From Gordonibacter sp. (GTDB taxonomy: Bacteria; Actinomycetota; Coriobacteriia; Coriobacteriales; Eggerthellaceae): 64,000 nt of DNA. Position 1 is the first letter of the stretch; each line of letters starts with the position of its first letter. The position numbers and the translations under genes are program-made. Positions 59,865-64,000 of the stretch are shown here, in pieces. The stretch lies in assembly GCF_036659115.1 (NCBI RefSeq), contig NZ_JAVXDF010000001.1; one strand, given 5' to 3'. Under the pieces are notes generated by a model, which saw nothing but the letters and a program-made list of their open reading frames with translations, made no database searches and was not told the origin of the DNA.

Positions 59865-60175
59865 GGTCGGATACCTTTCTTTCAGGTTCGGTGTGGTAGG
59901 TGCCGTCTTCCCGACAGTATACGCCCCTCGGGCGGCCTGTGCGAAAAGAGCCTCGACCCCGACCCCTGACGGGTTCCGTTTACGGATGTGCGGACCTCCG
60001 TGCCGTGTGTCAAAAAGGCAAGGCAAAACAAAGGTAGGTTGAAGGTAGGTTGAAAACCTAAACGCAACAGTGTTGCAGTAACTTGTGCAGGCGAAGCCGG
60101 TAGGTTGAAAAGGCAAAATAAAAAACTGATACGATCAACTATGGAATAAATCTCTTTCACATGCTAAACTAATTG

Positions 60176-60266
60176 ACGAGTGGTTCCTAATAAGCTGCAG
60201 ACACGATAGCTGCAGTGACTTCTCAGTTCAGCCGAAAGGCGAACCTGCCCCGTAAGGGGCTTTTTT
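60176..60266 (+). ncRNA. Putative tracrRNA
   Basis: Directly upstream of cas9: candidate anti-repeat, TAATAAG, stems GCTGCAG/CTGCAGT and GTTCAGCC-GAAA-GGCGAAC, terminator hairpin. The 5' end is inferred from an extended -10 TGCTAAACT. Confidence 0.65.
60247..60266 (+). terminator. Intrinsic terminator (tracrRNA 3' end)
   Basis: GCCCC-GTAA-GGGGC followed by TTTTTT. Confidence 0.8.
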
Positions 60267-60318
60267 ATTATATAATCTAAATTGTCATATTCTAGCAAAA
60301 CGTCTCTGAGGAGAAGCC

Positions 60319-63300
60319 ATGTCTAAAAAGGCTTTGCGTTATCGTGCTGGTGTTGATGTTGGGCAGTATTCAGTCGGTCTTACTGCGATAGAAATCGACG
60401 ATTCGAGCGATAATCCTTATGAGGCGATGCCTCTTCGCACTTTAAGTATCATGTCGGTCACCCATGATGGTGCTATTGATCCATCGGCGCGGGACTCGGC
60501 CGATTCCCGTAAAGCAGTATCTGGCGCAGCTCGAAGATCCAGACGGTTATTTGAGCAAAGGCGTTTCCGTTATCAAGAACTTGATAAGTGCTTGGCTAAA
60601 TGGGAATACCCCGTCGCTCGTGCGGCAGACATGATAGCTGGTCTACATGATTCTGATCCGTATTTGCCGTGGCATGCACGAATCAATTTGCTTGAGGGTT
60701 ATATTGAAGACGAGCAAAAGCGAAAACTATCGCTTGCAATTGCCCTGAGACACATTGCGCGCCATCGTGGTTGGAGAAACCCTTATTCAAGTGTATGTAG
60801 TCTTAAAGAGCTCGCGCTCGTAGCCTCCTCGTTTTACATGGAGTTTTTCAACAAGCAACAACAGTGGGTTTTTGCGCAGGAGGGAAAGCTTTTCGATGGT
60901 GTGACAGGTAGCTGCAGCGAGGACGGTACGTGCGTGCTTGAGGGTGTTCCAGCTTGGGATGGGACCGGTTGCGTATTGGAAAGGCCAACAATTGCTCAGC
61001 TCATCGAACCGCTTCTTAACTCACAGATCCAATGTAGATTCAGAAGGAATCCACCTGCCGATGTTGAGAGATCTGAATTTTTACACGTGGGAAAGCTCCA
61101 TCAGAGTGATAACTATTATGAACTATTGAAGATGTTCGAGATACAAAAGGTTCCCCAAAAAGAGCAAGATGAGTTGTTCAATGCTGTTTTTTATCAAATC
61201 AATCCTAAGGACGTTGGTGCGGCTGCAAACCTCGTTGCCAAAGATGATCTGCAGCCGAGTAAAATAAGAGCGTCAAAAGCCTCGCTTGCGTTTCAGAGGT
61301 ATCGCATACTTACCACCCTTGGGAACCTTAGGATAAAGGATGGTAAAAGCAAACGAATGCTTCTTCCTGAAGAGAGGGTGAAATTATATCGATACTTGGT
61401 TTCTGAGGAAGTATCGCGTCAAGGTTCAGATGTTACATGGCACGACGTTAGTCAGCAGCTTGGAATTGAGAGATGTGATCTTGTTGGTGTTGGAGGGCAA
61501 ACCGCTGATGGCACACCCATATCTGCAAAACAACCACCTTATCTTTCGACAGAGCACATAATTCTGACATCTAAGGATATTGGCAAACAACTCAAGCCGC
61601 TTCGAGAATGGTGGGAGAGTGCTGATGAGCTTAGTAAAGAATTTTTAATTGAGTTTCTAGGAAACGCAGGTGTGTCCTCCATTGGCCTTTCGCAAGCGGA
61701 GGCAATGGCAAAACAGCAAGTTGATACCTTGATGGCTGATCTGGGGAGTATGGGAGAAGATGCTTTATCATGCTTGGAGAAGATAAAGCTTGCATCAGGG
61801 AGGGCTTCCTATAGCATCGACACCCTCGAGCGTTTAAATCGAAGAATGCTTGATGAGGGACTCGATTTATTCGATGCGAGAAAAGTCGAATTCGGTGTTA
61901 AAAATGATTGGAAACCAAAGCCAGAACCTCTTGGGAGCCCGACGGGCAGTCCCGCTGTCGATAGAACAATCAAGATCGTTGCTCGTTGGCTCAAGGCGTG
62001 CGAGAGGGAATGGGGCAAGCCGGAGACGATAGCTATTGAGCACGTCAGGGAAGGCTTTAGGTCGGAAAAGCAGAAACGTGATGATCGAAGCGCAATGGAT
62101 CGACGCTATAGGGCCAACAATGTAATACGCGAAGAAATTACCAAGGCGCTTGGTGAGGTTCTAGGTTCAGGCGTTACGGGTGTAGAGGCTATCAGACATG
62201 CGGACATTCGACGCTGGCAAGCTATCCAACGGCAAAATGGGCAATGTCTCTACTGCGGAACGGGCATTGACTACTACAGCGCTCAGATGGACCACATTGT
62301 TCCGAGAAAAGGAGTCGGCTGCTCAAATGAACTTTCGAATTTGGTTGCCGTTTGTGCAGACTGCAATACGTCGAAAAGTAATGTTCTTTTCCATGTATGG
62401 GCTCAGGGGGGACAAGAGAAGGATGCTATCGATCGGGTAAAGCAATGGAATCGTGATAGTTACTTTACTTCAAGCAAGCAATTTAATACTTTTAAAAATG
62501 ACGTTATTGCTCGTTTGAGACAGAAGGAGGAAGACGACCCGTTAGATGTACGTTCGATTGAATCTGTTGCGTGGATGGCAAGAGAGCTTCGGGAACAGAT
62601 TGTCGGTCACTTCGGGTATGAAGGTGTGACAACGACGGCATCAGCGGGAAACGACCCCTTTGCGCTTCAGAGAGTGCAGGTGTTCAAGGGCTGGATTACT
62701 TCGGAGGCTCGCAAAGCATCTGGATTAGAAAAGGCGCTCCCTTGGACAGGTTCATACGCTCAAAAAACACGACTTGATCGGCGGCATCATGCGGTAGATG
62801 CTGCGGTAATCGCCCTCATGCGCCCCGGTGTGGCAAAAACTCTCATAGAACGTGAAGCCCTACGTCGTGAATTGCGCGATGAAGGCCGACAGGCGGAAAA
62901 GGGTTCTCGAGAGGATTGGAAAGCCTATAGAGGTTTCACGCATGACGATACCGTGCTATATGATTTTTGGCGGAATTGTCAGATGCAGCGATTGAAAGAC
63001 ATTCTTATTGAGGACATGCATAATGATCGAATTCCAATAGAGATTCCGCTGCGCCTGCGATTGGGAATCGGGCAAGCACATAAAAAAAGAATATTTCCGC
63101 TGCATAAGAAAAGGGTAGGAGATGCTTTAAGCAACTGTGCCATTGATAGGGCAGAGACTCCGGCACTATGGATGGCTCTTGTCAACCATCCGGACTTCGA
63201 CAGGAAAACAGGTTTACCCGAGGACGCTAGTCGGCGGATCCGTATCCACGATAAGTGGCTTGATGCGACAGACGACATCCGTTTTATGGCTGCTAATGAG

Positions 63301-64000
63301 AAGGAATTGAATCAGGTAATAAGTGCGGTGCGTATGCGCGTTCGCGGTGGCTATGCGGAAATTGGTGGCGCTATCCATCATGTGAGGTTCTACCGGATTC
63401 CGAAGTATAATTCGAAGGGCAAGCAAACTTCCTGGATCTTTGCTTCATTGCGTGTACTCCAGATAGATTTGGTCAAATTTAAAAAAGAGGATCTCTTTAG
63501 GGTTACGCTTCCTCTGTCGTCCATAAGCGTGCGATCTGCAATCGCTGGTCTTCGTGATGCGCTTTACGATGGCAGGGCAGAGTATCTTGGCTGGGTAGTA
63601 GTCGGCGATGAGGTGGTTGTTGATAAGTCGACCGCTTTGTTTTCCTGTGAGGGTTCACAAAAAATAAACAAATTCATAAAAGCTTTTCCAGGCATCACGC
63701 GCTTTACGCTAACGGGATTCAGCACAAATGCAAAACTCACCCTAACACCGCGCAGCGTCGCTTCGGAAGGGATACCAGAGATTGATTGGTCTGAAGACTG
63801 CACGATGGATGATATGGCACGAAGGCAGGATGAGGTTTCGCGTGTATACGGTGATCATGGGTGGACGAAGGAAGATATTAAGGAAATCAATCTAGTCATC
63901 AAAAAGGGGTGTCATTTGTCTGTAGACAAAGTGCTGTCCACTCAGCCTGTTTTTGTGCGGCGAGATGCGCTGGGACGGATGCGTTCGAAATCGAACAACA
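60319..64000 (+). CDS. cas9: CRISPR-associated endonuclease Cas9, actinobacterial type II-C-like (runs off the window end)
   Basis: Manually translated open frame of 1227 codons with no stop: RuvC-I GVDVGQYSVG, Arg-rich bridge helix, RHIARHRGWRNPY, RuvC-II IAIEHVRE, HNH CLYC...MDHIVP...NLVAVCADCNTSK, RuvC-III RHHAVDA; RBS GAGGAG. Confidence 0.96.
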   Translation, partial: MSKKALRYRAGVDVGQYSVGLTAIEIDDSSDNPYEAMPLRTLSIMSVTHDGAIDPSARDSADSRKAVSGAARRSRRLFEQRRFRYQELDKCLAKWEYPVARAADMIAGLHDSDPYLPWHARINLLEGYIEDEQKRKLSLAIALRHIARHRGWRNPYSSVCSLKELALVASSFYMEFFNKQQQWVFAQEGKLFDGVTGSCSEDGTCVLEGVPAWDGTGCVLERPTIAQLIEPLLNSQIQCRFRRNPPADVERSEFLHVGKLHQSDNYYELLKMFEIQKVPQKEQDELFNAVFYQINPKDVGAAANLVAKDDLQPSKIRASKASLAFQRYRILTTLGNLRIKDGKSKRMLLPEERVKLYRYLVSEEVSRQGSDVTWHDVSQQLGIERCDLVGVGGQTADGTPISAKQPPYLSTEHIILTSKDIGKQLKPLREWWESADELSKEFLIEFLGNAGVSSIGLSQAEAMAKQQVDTLMADLGSMGEDALSCLEKIKLASGRASYSIDTLERLNRRMLDEGLDLFDARKVEFGVKNDWKPKPEPLGSPTGSPAVDRTIKIVARWLKACEREWGKPETIAIEHVREGFRSEKQKRDDRSAMDRRYRANNVIREEITKALGEVLGSGVTGVEAIRHADIRRWQAIQRQNGQCLYCGTGIDYYSAQMDHIVPRKGVGCSNELSNLVAVCADCNTSKSNVLFHVWAQGGQEKDAIDRVKQWNRDSYFTSSKQFNTFKNDVIARLRQKEEDDPLDVRSIESVAWMARELREQIVGHFGYEGVTTTASAGNDPFALQRVQVFKGWITSEARKASGLEKALPWTGSYAQKTRLDRRHHAVDAAVIALMRPGVAKTLIEREALRRELRDEGRQAEKGSREDWKAYRGFTHDDTVLYDFWRNCQMQRLKDILIEDMHNDRIPIEIPLRLRLGIGQAHKKRIFPLHKKRVGDALSNCAIDRAETPALWMALVNHPDFDRKTGLPEDASRRIRIHDKWLDATDDIRFMAANEKELNQVISAVRMRVRGGYAEIGGAIHHVRFYRIPKYNSKGKQTSWIFASLRVLQIDLVKFKKEDLFRVTLPLSSISVRSAIAGLRDALYDGRAEYLGWVVVGDEVVVDKSTALFSCEGSQKINKFIKAFPGITRFTLTGFSTNAKLTLTPRSVASEGIPEIDWSEDCTMDDMARRQDEVSRVYGDHGWTKEDIKEINLVIKKGCHLSVDKVLSTQPVFVRRDALGRMRSKSNN

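Noticed and set aside
60033-60109. GGTAGGTTGAA repeats as a degenerate CRISPR array
   Set aside because: Only 11 bp, two copies abut, spacing is irregular, and they are not complementary to the tracrRNA candidate.
59865-60116. Extended N-terminus of the carboxypeptidase ORF
   Set aside because: The signal peptide follows the GTG at 59864 with a GAAAGG RBS; the upstream DNA looks like a structured leader and promoter.
60938-63803. Short ORFs listed in the last 3 kb suggesting a pseudogene or non-coding region
   Set aside because: All are off-frame or antisense to the uninterrupted cas9 frame starting at 60319.

Overview
High-GC bacterial chromosome segment. Gene content and style point to Coriobacteriia, probably Eggerthellaceae (inference). 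Most of the window is housekeeping or metabolic: a MarR-linked heterodimeric ABC exporter, a HAD hydrolase, a degenerate AAA+/Rrf2/clusterless MutY operon, Mn riboswitch-mntP, pheA, a membrane-bound [NiFe] hydrogenase operon with maturation protease, nth, mfd, gltX, SAM riboswitch-metK and priA. Four visibly more AT-rich accessory patches are embedded in it. (i) A LuxR regulator plus a 1506-aa protein with both a Tat signal and a sortase-like anchor (21.5-27.5 kb). (ii) A small holin-like toxin ORF with a convergent promoter and structured antisense RNA, a candidate type I toxin-antitoxin locus (33.8-34.0 kb). (iii) A cassette of peptidase C26, a TPR/coiled-coil/3TM protein and a circularly permuted ATP-grasp ligase (48.3-51.9 kb), the best candidate for an undescribed system. 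(iv) An actinobacterial type II-C cas9 from 60319 past the window end, absent from the ORF track because it has no stop in the window, preceded by a tracrRNA-like element. No CRISPR array, tRNA, rRNA or transposase was seen. All calls come from motif reading by eye; no database searches were run.
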